From Rebecca billardiae RCC1528 (Eukaryota > Protista > Haptophyta), in assembly GCA_965240325.2 (NCBI GenBank), contig OZ251240.1:620001-684000 (forward strand): 64,000 nucleotides of DNA. Reading direction: 5' to 3'. Below the pieces are notes generated by a model. That model was not told the DNA's origin, made no database searches, and saw only the letters and a list, made by a program, of their open reading frames with translations. Positions 1 through 10,812 of this stretch are shown here, in pieces (positions within the stretch are counted from its first letter, which is position 1; every line of letters starts with the position of its first letter). Position numbers and translations under genes: made by a program.

Positions 1-53
1 TCCTCCGCCTGCAGGGCGGCTGCGCGCGCGGTACGAACCGCGCGAGCATTGAC

Positions 54-2399
54 GTGCCCGCGTGTGGCACTTGCGGTGACGACACCGCGGCGGGGGCCTG
101 GATGGTCCTCGTGATCGACAACGTCGAGCACGAGCTCGATGATGATGGGAATGGAGACGATCCATACCCTTCACGGCATCCGCTGAGGCCGATGCTGCGA
201 GCGCCCCGACCATCCTCACGAGAGGACAGCCGGACTGGGCGCGAGGTGCTGCTCGACGACGGGCAGCAGCAGGTGATACACTCAAAGGACGTGTACATCA
301 TTGATGAGCAGTCGCTGGTCGAGGGGAGGCACACTCCATTCGCGGCCAGCGATGACAGTGCCGAGCCCGAGACTGAGCTGGGAGACGCCGCTGACGGCGA
401 GCTCACCGGCGAGGGCGACGAGCATTTTGAGATTGAGGACGGCGCGGCCGATGACGGCGGCGCTGCTGCTCATGACGACGGTGGCGCGGCGAGCGAAGCT
501 GCGCGACCGAGCGCCGACGGCGATGACGCCGGAGGCGATGACGACGCACGAGCTGGTGAGTCCGCGGCGCCCGAGCTGCCGCGCGACTACGACCCGATGC
601 GACGAGACCGAGCGAGGCGGAGCAGACCCGCCGCGCAGACGGTGCAGGCTGTGACCGAGGCAGCGTTCCAGGCCGCGGGCGAGGAACGTACCGAGGAGGA
701 CAGCTTCGAGGCATTCGCTGCGACGACGATCGCGCGGGTGAATGGTGTGCCGATCACCATCCCCACGACGTGGGACGAGGCGATGAAGTCGCCCGAGGCC
801 AAGCTCTGGATGCAGGCCTGCCACGACCACCTCGACGCGCACGGCGTGAGACACACGTTCTTCGAGGTGATTGTGCCGGACAACACGAGGACGATTCCTG
901 TCAAGTGGGTGTTCGACGTGAAGACGCTTCCCGATGGCGAAGTGATCAAGTTCAAGGCGCGGCTGGTAACCCAGGGGTTCCGCCAGCGCGAGGGCATCGA
1001 CTTCAATGAGGTGTTCGCCCCGACGATACGACCAGAACAGCTGCGGCTGATGCTCGCGGTCGCGCTCAAGGCCAAAGGCGTCTCGATGACGGACGCGGCG
1101 AGCGCCAAGATCGTGGAGATGCGACCCGCCGACGTGCGGCACGCATACCTGAACAGCGACCTGCCGGAGGGCGAGGAGGTGATGACACCGCTCCCGCCTG
1201 GCTACACCGCGAAGAGCTCGACGCCGCTCGGCTCGAAGGTGGTCGCGAAGTTTGTGAAGGCGCTCCCTGGCATGCGCCAGGCCGGGCGCGTGTGGTACCT
1301 ACACTTGCGGAAGTGTTTGCTCGAACATGGGTTCGAGCCGTGCCCGAGCGCGCCGTGCATCTACTCGAAGGCAGTCGATGGCGGCTACGTGTTCGTCGGA
1401 CACTTTGTCGACGACCTGCTGATGATGAACATCTCGAAGGACAAGTCCGCGTTGGACGCGCTGATGACGGCGTTGTTGACGCACTACGAGATGCAGGGCG
1501 AGGACTGCTTGAGCAAGTTCCTTGGCGCCGAATTTGAGACCACGGTGGACGGACTTTATACCCACCTGAACCAGTACATCGGTGATGTGTGCGAGCGCTT
1601 CCACCTGAGTGGAGAGCGCCACCCACCGACCCCCGAGTGCAGCGAGACGCGCGAGATCCCCCGCCCGCTGCAAGCCCTCCTGCTGCGCGCTGACCGCCAG
1701 CACTACCAGGAGATGACCAGTGCCCTCATGTACTGCATGACGACGTGTCGCCCCGACATCGCGCACGCCGTGAACATGCTGGCACGCCGGATGTCCAATC
1801 CCCGGCTCTACGACTTGACCGCCGCGAAGCGCACGCTCCGATACTTGCTCGGCACGCGTCGGCGCGGCATCCTCTTCCGGCACGCGACGCACGCACAACA
1901 CCCTGATTTGGTGGCGTACGCGGACTCGGACTGGGCGAACGATCGTGAAGATCGACGTTCTACGACGGGATACCTTGTTATGTACAACGGGGTCCCGATC
2001 TCGTGGCACAGCGGACTGCAGAGCGTGGTCGCGTTGTCTACGTGCGAGGCGGAGTACATCGCGCTGAGCGAGTGCTGCCGCGAGGTGATCTACCTGCGCG
2101 ACCTGGTCACGTTTTTGAACGAGCCGGTCGTGGAGCCCACGACGGTGATCTACGAGGATAACCAGGGCACGATCGATTTGACGAACAACCCGGTGCACCA
2201 CAAGCGCACCAAGCACATTGACGTGAAGTACCATTTCACGCGGCGCGCGCAAGCCGACGGCGCCGTGCTGATCCAGAAGGTGCCGACCGACGACAACCGG
2301 TCCGACATCATGACCAAGGCTACCGCGACGAGTACTTTTCTCAAGCACGTCGTGGCGATACTGCATGCTGTTCCACCACCTCCGCCGCCTTCGGCATGA
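54..2399 (+). CDS. Copia pol: reverse transcriptase (RVT_2) + RNase H; true start is upstream of the window
   Basis: Motifs KWVFDVK, KFKARLVTQGFRQREGIDFNEVFAP, HFVDDLL, YADSDWA..DRRSTTGY, VALSTCEAEYIA, YEDNQG, HKRTKHIDVKYHF. No internal stop. Confidence 0.95.
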   Translation: MPACGTCGDDTAAGAWMVLVIDNVEHELDDDGNGDDPYPSRHPLRPMLRAPRPSSREDSRTGREVLLDDGQQQVIHSKDVYIIDEQSLVEGRHTPFAASDDSAEPETELGDAADGELTGEGDEHFEIEDGAADDGGAAAHDDGGAASEAARPSADGDDAGGDDDARAGESAAPELPRDYDPMRRDRARRSRPAAQTVQAVTEAAFQAAGEERTEEDSFEAFAATTIARVNGVPITIPTTWDEAMKSPEAKLWMQACHDHLDAHGVRHTFFEVIVPDNTRTIPVKWVFDVKTLPDGEVIKFKARLVTQGFRQREGIDFNEVFAPTIRPEQLRLMLAVALKAKGVSMTDAASAKIVEMRPADVRHAYLNSDLPEGEEVMTPLPPGYTAKSSTPLGSKVVAKFVKALPGMRQAGRVWYLHLRKCLLEHGFEPCPSAPCIYSKAVDGGYVFVGHFVDDLLMMNISKDKSALDALMTALLTHYEMQGEDCLSKFLGAEFETTVDGLYTHLNQYIGDVCERFHLSGERHPPTPECSETREIPRPLQALLLRADRQHYQEMTSALMYCMTTCRPDIAHAVNMLARRMSNPRLYDLTAAKRTLRYLLGTRRRGILFRHATHAQHPDLVAYADSDWANDREDRRSTTGYLVMYNGVPISWHSGLQSVVALSTCEAEYIALSECCREVIYLRDLVTFLNEPVVEPTTVIYEDNQGTIDLTNNPVHHKRTKHIDVKYHFTRRAQADGAVLIQKVPTDDNRSDIMTKATATSTFLKHVVAILHAVPPPPPPSA

Positions 2400-2412
2400 T
2401 GTCGAGGGGGGG

Positions 2413-2715
2413 TGTTGTATTAATCCCGAATTTCCTACGTGCACGACGATTTCTTTTCGATCTTCTCCAGGCGGTTGGCTCCAACCGTCCGGATGGTCGA
2501 AGTATCCGGCACTGCCTGCAGAGCTGCAGGCGAAAGCTGCGCTGCCAGTTACGTATGGCGGCCGTTTGCCGCTCACCGCTTTTTGCAATCGTTTCTGAGG
2601 ACCGACACCGCCCGCTCGTCCGCACGGACGGCGCTGCTGACGACGTCCGCAGGGACACTGTCATAAGCCCCTGCGTGACCGGGGAACTGGTATGGCGGAA
2701 TAAACATCAAAATCA
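2413..2715 (+). repeat. Putative 3' LTR (~300 bp)
   Basis: Begins TGTTG directly after the PPT. AATAAA at 2699-2704. Candidate CA end at 2715, but the exact end is uncertain without the 5' LTR. Confidence 0.6.
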
Positions 2716-2730
2716 GGTGCACATACCCTG

Positions 2731-4399
2731 AATATAGGGCGTAACGGCTAGCATATTTACTTATTAGACTGAGCCTGAACTTATTGGAAACGGTATGTAA
2801 CGGTCGTCCTATATGTGACATATAGACCATGTCGACCTCACTTTGATAGAGCATCTCAGCGAGGTCGTTCTGAGTCCCCAGCAGCAGCAGGTCCCAACAT
2901 GCGATATAGGCTGTGTACTGGCAGGCTGTCAAATATGTAGTTTCCTAGAAGCCACCGATCGTTACATACCCACTGTGTATATAGGCGCCATGCTGATGAA
3001 TACAGCCTCGTCTGATCTCGAGCTGCGAGATACGTTTTCAGACTGTGTATACGGCCACGCGTACGGCGTATTGCAGACATAGTAGACCCAAAGCACCGGC
3101 CCCACGTCCTCAGCCCGGGAGTGCTCTCGATCATAGTCAAGGTTTAAAGTCACTCGAGCCAACCGTCACCGCTCCCTGGCCGAGACCTACGAGGCAGGTC
3201 AAATCTGTCGTCGTCTCAGTGCGGCACAGTGCCGAGCATGCGATTCGGCAGCAAACGTCTGCTCCAGGCGGTGGCTGGCGTGTCTGCACCAAACCAGGCT
3301 GGATGGGATTGGTCCATATAGGTACGCACTACCCTGTTCCGCGCTATTTCTGGGCTTAGGGGCGGATATTCGGCCTACAGAGGCTGATCCGGCGCTGTTC
3401 GGCGCTCCTGGCTGGCTGCACGGAGCCCAACGGCAAGCGCCGGCGTGTGCAAGGTGTCAAGATTGAGACGGTCTCTGACGCTCCCGCCGGTCTTGGGCGC
3501 ACCAGGGTGCATGAGGGCCCATCTGCATCTGCTTCTGCAGGCATGAGCGTCACAGGGGCGCGCTTGCAGGCACGGTCGAGTGCACGTCGGACCTGTCGAA
3601 TGAGCCAACCGCTGCCTGCGAGCACGTCCGCGACGTCCTGAGAGGCGAATGGGAGGCGCCCAGACGCCATCAGAGGGCACACGTGACCCATACCCAACGT
3701 ACTGACCATCGCAAGTGCCACGGCAGGTGCAAACACGGGCCCTACAAGCGGAACATGACAGTTGCGAGCTCCGCGGAGGTGTTGCGCGCGAGCTCGCGCC
3801 GGTCTGCTGACGGCGATTCCGGCGCAGCAGGGCAGGTTAGGCGAGTTGACCATGCACATACATACATGGGCACTTGGTGCGAGCATCGATCTCAACTGTG
3901 CGAGTTGATCATGAGCCACACCGTGCGGTAGCGTGACGGGCGCACGCAGCGCGCCAATTCAAGCCGGCCGACGCGCGCCGCGCACGGCGCGAGATGGCCA
4001 AGAAGCGGGTGGTGAGCCGCTGGTGGCGCAAAGGCACGGGTCAGTAGCGCCCACCAGCGTCACGCGCGCGCGCACCCGAGACCATCTCGGCGTCTCAAAG
4101 GTCGCGAGCGCGCGGCGGTCCACTGCCTCCGGCCGCTCGCGCTGGAGCGGAACCGAGCTCTGAGCGTCCGAAGGCGTGAAGCTCGATTTTCGAGCGGGGT
4201 CCGAGAAAAAGGCTCCGCGCCACCCTAAAAGGCCGAGGGCGGAGCGAAAATGCGACGCGACTTTGCTTTTCATTTTTAAATGGGCGGTTTGGCCCCCCTA
4301 CGTAAATATAGGGCGTAACGGTGACTACCCTATTTACTTATTGGAAGTGGTCTGTGCCCAATGTAACGACCATGTAACGGGCGTCTTAAACGTGACATA
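2731..4399. repeat. Degenerate ~90 bp direct repeat pair (2731-2822 and 4305-4399)
   Basis: Both copies read aatatagggcgtaacgg..tatttacttatt..atgtaacgg..gtgacata. Confidence 0.75.
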
Positions 4400-4528
4400 G
4401 GCAGGGTCGGCACAGACGTCACTAGTTCAGTCTATAGCATCACTTTGATGGTCTGATCGCCAGCTCGGCAGCCGCGGGGAGTAGTCGCTGCATCATCCCA
4501 GCTGCGTCGTCGATCTACAGTGTGGCTG

Positions 4529-5925
4529 TCACTGCTGCGCGATTGGTTGGCACCCAGCAGGGCAACTGATCGGCGCCTGCGAATCTGAAGAAGGGCTCTT
4601 GATGTTGAACGACCCGAAGAGAAGTGCCCATCGAGCATGAGCGTCGTCGCGGGGGCCTTGAGCACGCAGGCGCCGACCAGAAGCTTCAGGGGGTGTCGGC
4701 ACACATCCCTCTGGACAGACATGGTGCTCCTTGGGCGTGGGCTCTGGCGTGGGCTCTGGCGTGGTGGGCTCTGGCGTGGTGGGCTCTGGCGTGGGCTCTG
4801 GCGTGGGCTCTGGCGTGGTGGGCTCTGGCGTGGGCTCTGTCGTGGGCTCTGGCGTGGGACTTGGAGTGGGGGTAAGAGAGACCCGCACGAGCGTGTCAAT
4901 GCCAATGTCATGGTAGACAACGTCGTTCAGGTCGGCGCGGATGTAGTCATACAAGCCGTCATCCGCACGAACAACGTCCACTTCACCGTCGCCATCGACG
5001 TACACGAACGACGGGTTGTCCACAGTATCGTAAGGCCACCGAGCTGTTGCGTCCACACTGTCTTGGCCGCTACCACCTGCGCGGCGGTGCGGCATCCATG
5101 GTCCCGAACAAGCGCGCGCGCAGCACACGCCAGTCAAGGAATGCCATGCACGTGCCCCGCTTTCATTCATCAGCAGCACCACTGCTAGCAGGATGCGCAG
5201 CAGGCACAGACAGGCAGTGAGTGTGCAGGACACATAGCAGTCCAGTGGTGGCAATAGCAGCAGTACGCACCGAAGATGAAGTTGTAGACCCCGTTTCCGA
5301 ACCCAGAGATCGAAGACGGAAAACTGTAACCACTCCATAGGTAGTCGTCGCCGTCACCACCTGCCAGCATAATAAGGGGCGTGACAGGACAGTCGGATCA
5401 GTTGCTGGTTGGGTGCATTGACTGCAGTGAGAACGTCGCGCGACAAAAGCTCAGAACCAGTCAGACAGCAGGCGGCACACACGGGCGGCGCAGGGTGTCA
5501 CATGCGCGCATCTCACCATACAGGTAATTCTTCACCACGGGCCCGTCGTTCCCGATCCCGCCGAATATGTAGTCGTTGCCGGCCTCACCGTAGAGGCGGT
5601 TCACCACGTCGCCGAGTGTTTCAATTTGGTAGTCAGAAGCCGTTGCATCTCCTCCATCCAGCCGATCGTCGCCGGCGCTGCCGAAGATGACGTTCTCCAC
5701 GTCTCCACCGACGTAGCCGCCCCAGCCTCGCCCGGAGTCGCCGCCAAACACGTAAACCTGTTCGGCACCGTCCGGCGCCGCGTAGAAGTTCTCGGTGAGG
5801 GATGGAAAGCGATCCCCAAGCCATGCTGCGTCTATGCCGTCAGGCAGGTAGACGGAGTCGTGGATGGCCTCGCACAGCACGGCAGACGAGAGGACGACCG
5901 CGACGAGGGAGGTGATCGTGCGCAT
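4529..5925 (-). CDS. Secreted RTX/hemolysin-type Ca-binding-repeat protein with (EPTP)n stalk; exons 5925-5517, 5360-5271, 5076-4529
   Basis: Signal peptide MRTITSLVAVVLSSAVLCEA. Nonapeptide-like repeats GSAGDDRLD, GEAGNDYIF, GGDGDDYLW, GGSGQDSVD. Two phase-1 GT-AG introns join the frames. Pro/Thr/Glu repeat at ~4735-4875. Confidence 0.75.
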
Positions 5926-6200
5926 GGCAGGCACCAGCTCGAAAAGAAGGGGGCACCTGGACCCCGACCGATCGAAACCGCCCAGGACCAAGGCCCTTGC
6001 CAGGACGACCCGCGACTCGCGAGCGGTGTAACGTGTACAGCACCAGATTCTCCAGATTCTGTCGTGAATTCGCGAGCGAGTGCAGGGGCGTTCCCCGCAC
6101 TGGTCATACGCCAAATCGAACCGCGTTCCTATTGAAATTGTGAAATTGGCTTCCTCAATTTCAAGCGGGTACATTTGATTACGGCCCGCGCCAGTCCGGT

Positions 6201-6231
6201 AGCAATGCCCCCCCCAGGGGGGGGCATTGCT
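6201..6231. other. Perfect palindrome AGCAATG-C8-A-G8-CATTGCT
   Basis: 15 bp arms with a 1 nt spacer, in the divergent intergenic region. Confidence 0.85.
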
Positions 6232-6926
6232 TTCGGGAGCGTGTGGCAGGATCCCGGGAACGCCCTTATGATGGTCCTTTGCTTGCACCAGGGGAGAGAG
6301 GGAGGGGGTAGGGCAACCACTGGAGGGGGCGTGTCGGAGGTCACCCCGCGTCCGGGAGCGACCGAGAGCGGTCCGGGAGCCCCGAGAGCACGATGCTGGC
6401 CGGGTGCCGCCTCACGCGGCCTCGGCGGGGGCGAACAAGATCGACCTGTCCGGCCTCAAGCGCAGGTGCGAAGCCGCGCAGCACCCTCCCAGGTGGACTA
6501 CGTTCCTCTCCGAGCAGCCGACCCCGACGCTCGTCTTCTCCAAGTGGTGCGCGGGCGAGTCGACCGAGGAGGTCGTGGACGATTGGGCGCGGCGCGTGAT
6601 GGTCAGCGAGGACGGGCCCGTGTCCATCCGAGTGCGCGGCAACGGCAGCCGTGACGTGCGGATCGGGCCCGACATCGAGTGCCGTTGCTCCGACGACCAG
6701 ACCTCGGCGACGGGCAGAGGCCTCGATCATCGAGCGCGGGCTCGCGATCATCCGTGCGGTGGACAGCGCGCGGACCTGCGGCGGGCGCTCGGCGCTCGGG
6801 CTCTTGCAGCAACATCGCCTGTACCCCTCGATGGGGACGGCGTGCTCGCGAGCGCGCGTCGAGCCCGAGGCAGCTGCTCGCGGCGGGCCGCGCACGCGCG
6901 TCCCCGCCCCGGTGCGCACGGCAGAG

Positions 6927-8654
6927 ATGGACGCGGCGCGCGCGCGCCTTCCGCCGCACCTCCGCCTCGGCGTCACACTCGACGCCGTGCGCGCGTGGCA
7001 GGCGCGCCATCCCGAGGGGGCGTGGGAGCAGACGAACAAGCTGATCCCGCGCGACGCGCAGGGCCAGCTCAAGTTCCCGCCGAACGGGTGCTTCAACGGC
7101 TACGTCAACCAGGTGCTGCTCGAGCAGCATGGCCGCGAGCACGGGGGCGCGTACGCCGAGCTTCTGCAGCGCACAGGCTCGGAGCACGTCGGCCCCGCGA
7201 CCGTGTTCGTGAGCCTGGCGCTGGCCACGCCGCTCGAGGAGATCGTGGACGCGCTCGAGGCGTTCGTGGATGAGCAACCGCACCTCGAGCGCGCGAGCAC
7301 GTACTTCTGGCTCTGCGACTTCTGCATCCGGCAGTACGACGTGAAGGCCGACCTGCAGCACCTGGGCACGTGCGTGCGCGCGGCCGGGCACACGGCGCTC
7401 CACGTCGACCGTTGGGACGGGCCGACGGTGCTGCAGCGCGCGTACTGCGTGCAGGAGCTGTACAGCACGCAGGCGGGCGGCTGCCTGCTCGCACTAGCGC
7501 TGGGCGCCGGCCAGCGCGCCGCGTTTGAGCGCGCGCTCATCGAGGACTTCAGCTCCATCATGGGCGCGCTGTCGCGCGTCGACGTCTCCCGGGCGCAGTG
7601 CCGGAGGCGCGAGGATCAGGAGCGCATCCTCGCCGAGCTCGACGCGCTGGTGGGCCGCGAGCGATGCAACGCGCTGGTGATCGAGCTGCTGCGCGAGGCG
7701 CTGGCGCGCCTCGCGCAGCAGGCGCTGGCGAGGCTCCCTGCGGAGGCACAGGACACCTCCGCACTGATCAACCAGCTGGCGGCGCTGCTCGGCCAGCTGG
7801 GCAAGCACGCGGAGGCGGAGGCGCTGGGGCGGCGCGCGCTCGCCGCCAGGGAGCGCGTGCTCGGCGCGGAGCACCCGGACACCCTTGCGTCACTGAGCAG
7901 CCTGGCAAGCGTGCGCCGGCAGCAGGGCCAGCATCGGGACGCGGCGGACATGTACCGGCGCGCACTCGCCGGCCGGGAGCGCGTGCTGGGAGCGGAGCAC
8001 CCTGACACGCTCGGGCCAATGAGCAACCTGGCATGGGTGCTCGAGCAGCAGGGCAGGCTCGGAGAGTCGGCGGACGTGTACCGGCGCGTGCTCGCCGCCA
8101 GGGAGCGCGTGCTGGGCATTGAGCACCCTGACACGCTTGCGACGCTGCACAGCCTGGCGGTGGTGCTCCAGCAGCACGGCGCTGAGGCTGAGCTTGGGGA
8201 GGCGGAGGCGCTGCAGCGGCGTGCGATCGCCACCAAGGAGCGAGTGCTGAGGGCGGAGCACCCTTCGACGCTCGCGTCGCTGAAGCACCTGGCAGGGGTG
8301 GTCGAGCAGCAGGGCAAGCGCGAGGAGGCGGAGACGCTGTACCGGCGCGCGCTCGCCATCTGGGAGCAGTGGGAGCGCCTGGGTGCGGACCCCCGTGAGA
8401 CGCTCCACGACCGCCTCGAGGCGATGGACGAGCTGGCGGGGTTTCTCGAGCGGCAGGGCCAGGCCGCGGAGGCGGAGGCGCTGTACCGGCGGGCGCTTGC
8501 GGCATGGGAGCGCGTGGATGAGGGCGCGGAGCACGACACGGTCTTGGCACTGAAGCACCTGGCAGGGTTGCTCAAGCAGCAGGGCCGGGCCGCGGAGGTG
8601 GAGGCGCTGCGGCAGCGCGCTCGCCAGCTGGGAGCGCGTGATGGAGTCATCTGA
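6927..8654 (+). CDS. TIR/HET-like domain + kinesin-light-chain-type TPR repeat protein (5' exons at 6400-6840 possible)
   Basis: About six to seven ~42-aa repeats of the RERVLGAEHPDTLxSLxxLA type. N-terminal alpha/beta motifs ATVFVS, YFWLCDFCIRQ, GHT, LQRAYCVQE. Confidence 0.8.
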   Translation: MDAARARLPPHLRLGVTLDAVRAWQARHPEGAWEQTNKLIPRDAQGQLKFPPNGCFNGYVNQVLLEQHGREHGGAYAELLQRTGSEHVGPATVFVSLALATPLEEIVDALEAFVDEQPHLERASTYFWLCDFCIRQYDVKADLQHLGTCVRAAGHTALHVDRWDGPTVLQRAYCVQELYSTQAGGCLLALALGAGQRAAFERALIEDFSSIMGALSRVDVSRAQCRRREDQERILAELDALVGRERCNALVIELLREALARLAQQALARLPAEAQDTSALINQLAALLGQLGKHAEAEALGRRALAARERVLGAEHPDTLASLSSLASVRRQQGQHRDAADMYRRALAGRERVLGAEHPDTLGPMSNLAWVLEQQGRLGESADVYRRVLAARERVLGIEHPDTLATLHSLAVVLQQHGAEAELGEAEALQRRAIATKERVLRAEHPSTLASLKHLAGVVEQQGKREEAETLYRRALAIWEQWERLGADPRETLHDRLEAMDELAGFLERQGQAAEAEALYRRALAAWERVDEGAEHDTVLALKHLAGLLKQQGRAAEVEALRQRARQLGARDGVI

Positions 8655-8917
8655 GGTCGGCGCGGGCGCGCGGAGCAACATCAGCATACAATCGTCAATT
8701 GGCAATATAGCAGTATAACGCGCGCAGATTACACGACTACTACGTATATACGCGATCGTATTGGCGCCGAAGTGCCATCAGGCTCTAGACGACTGCAGTA
8801 GTAGCGCACGGGCGCGGCGGTGCAGCGGACGAGTGGCGGTGGCCGAAGCATCGCCCGGCGCCGCGGGGCCCGCATCAGCCGGCCATAGGCCCAGCTGCAG
8901 TACGGGCCACGCCGGGC

Positions 8918-9277
8918 TCAGCCGCCGAAGCGCACACGCAGCCGACGGCCGGAGTCGTCATCTGCCGGCAGCGCGCGCCACTGCCGCTCGGCCGCCTCGA
9001 GCGCGGCCGCGCCCTCCGCCGAGCGCAGGTACTCCCCGAGGGTCCTCGTCCGGTCCACCAAAAAGGTATTTTCCAGGAAGTCACGCTCGATGTCCGGGCC
9101 GAGGGCGCGCGCGGCGAGGAGGCAGTGCCGGAGGTACAGCGGCGCGGGCCGCAGCCGGGAGCTTCGCGCCCAGCCCCACACCGTCCCGCCCACGCTCTGC
9201 GCCAGCTGGGCGTACGCCTCCGCGCCCAGCGCCGCGCTCACCGTCTCATCGTCAGCCGCGATGCACATGGTGCCCCA

Positions 9278-9312
<35 letters not shown>

Positions 9313-10663
9313 TTCGCTCGGCGCTGCCGCCGCCGGCCGCGGCGGGCTCGCGCAGCGGCTCGAAGGGCACGCGCGTGAGCACGTACTCGCGCTCGCGCGC
9401 CTCGAAGTCCGCGCTCTCCGCCGCGGACATGCCCACGTCGAACGCGGCGCACACCATCGACGCGCCCTCGCACCGCTCGGCGGAGAGGGAGGCGAGGTCG
9501 AGCGGCGGAGCGTGCGCGCCGCCCTCCGCCGCCGCGGACGGGTCGGTGACGGCGGGCGCGAGGCCCAGGCGCACCAGCCCGGAGTGCGGGTGCGCGAACA
9601 CGCGCCGCCAGCCGCGCACGACCACCAGTCGAAAGCCACGCAGGCTCGGGAACGTGAGCCGCGCCGACGGCTCCGACAGCAGCGCGCCATAGCTGAGAAC
9701 GGTGAGCGGCGCGAGCGGCACGCGCGCGGCGCGCAGCAGCGTGCGCAGCAGCGCGGCGCGGGAGGGCTCGTGCGCGAGGAGGAGCGCGCGAAGGGGCGGC
9801 GGCCCGCCCGGCCGCGGCGCGCGCGCGCCCTCGCCCTCGCCGCCGCCGAGCAGCGCGTCCGCGCCCATCTCGGGGTGTGCGCCGCACAGCACCGCGCGCC
9901 CGGCGCCGACCGAGCGCGCAGCCGCGGCGAGCGCGCCGCGGGCGCCGCAGCCGCCAGCGTACGCGGGGGCCTCGTCGTCGTACCACGCGAGCGGCTCAAC
10001 CCGCGCGTGGGCGGCGCCATCCGCGCCGCCCGCTGCCGCGTCCGCGTCGAGCTCGAGGCACGGCCCCCCGTGGAAGTAGCAGCGGGTGGCGCGCAGCCCG
10101 TCCGCGCCGTCCGCGCCGTCGTCCCGTTGAGCTTCCCCTTCGGCTCCTTCGCAGGCGTCGGCTTGGGCAGCGCGCGCGCGCGCCGCAACGCGCGCCTCGT
10201 CGACGAAGCGCACGCGCGCGGCGCGCGCGCCCTCGTCCGATCCGTACACGAAGCCGCCGTACGCGCTCCCCGCCGCCACGCCGGGGAAGAAGCCGAGCTC
10301 GCGCTCGCCGCTCACCTCCAGAGCCGAGCCGCGCTCGAATGAGACTCGGCGCGAGGCAAAGTACGCGCCGGCGCAGAGGCCGATGTACGCGCCGCCGTCA
10401 GCGACGTAGGCGCGCACGCGCGCGCATGGATCGCCGTGCAGCTGCTCGCAGTACGGCAGGTCGCGGCCGCCGGGCATCACGAGCGCGAGCGCCTCCTGCG
10501 CCCACGCACCGCCTTCGTCCTGCATCTCGGCGCACGAGATCTCGCGCACGTCGATGCCGGGCGCGACGTGCGACGCGATGGCCGCGAGCGTCGCCGCGAC
10601 GCACCGCGGCGTGGCGCCTGGCCCTGAGTAGACGAGCACCGACGAGCCGCGCCGCCCACGCAT
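8918..10663 (-). CDS. Biotin-protein-ligase N-terminal (class I GATase-like) domain fused to a gamma-glutamylcyclotransferase-like domain
   Basis: VLVYSGPG, LVMPGGRDLPY, YIGLCAGAYFAS, GAHPE (BPL_N), then LSYGALLSEPSARLTFP..GWRRVFAH..EREREY (GGCT-like) in one uninterrupted frame. Confidence 0.8.
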
Positions 10664-10812
10664 GCTTCCTCCCACCAAAGGCGACCTCACACACGTCACA
10701 CCGCCATCGTGCCGGCTGATTGATCCAGACTTCCAGAGCGCAGGACTCCGCCACTCTCTCAACTCCGGAAGCCCGGACAGCGTTCACGGCCGTTGAGAGG
10801 CGGGGCGCAACG

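Larger units (their letters stand above)
1..2715 (+). mobile_element. Ty1/copia LTR retrotransposon, 3' portion (pol + PPT + 3' LTR), truncated by window start
   Basis: Open frame to 2399 with copia RT and RNase H motifs, followed by a purine tract (gaggggggg, 2404-2412) and a TG start of a putative LTR at 2413. Confidence 0.92.
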
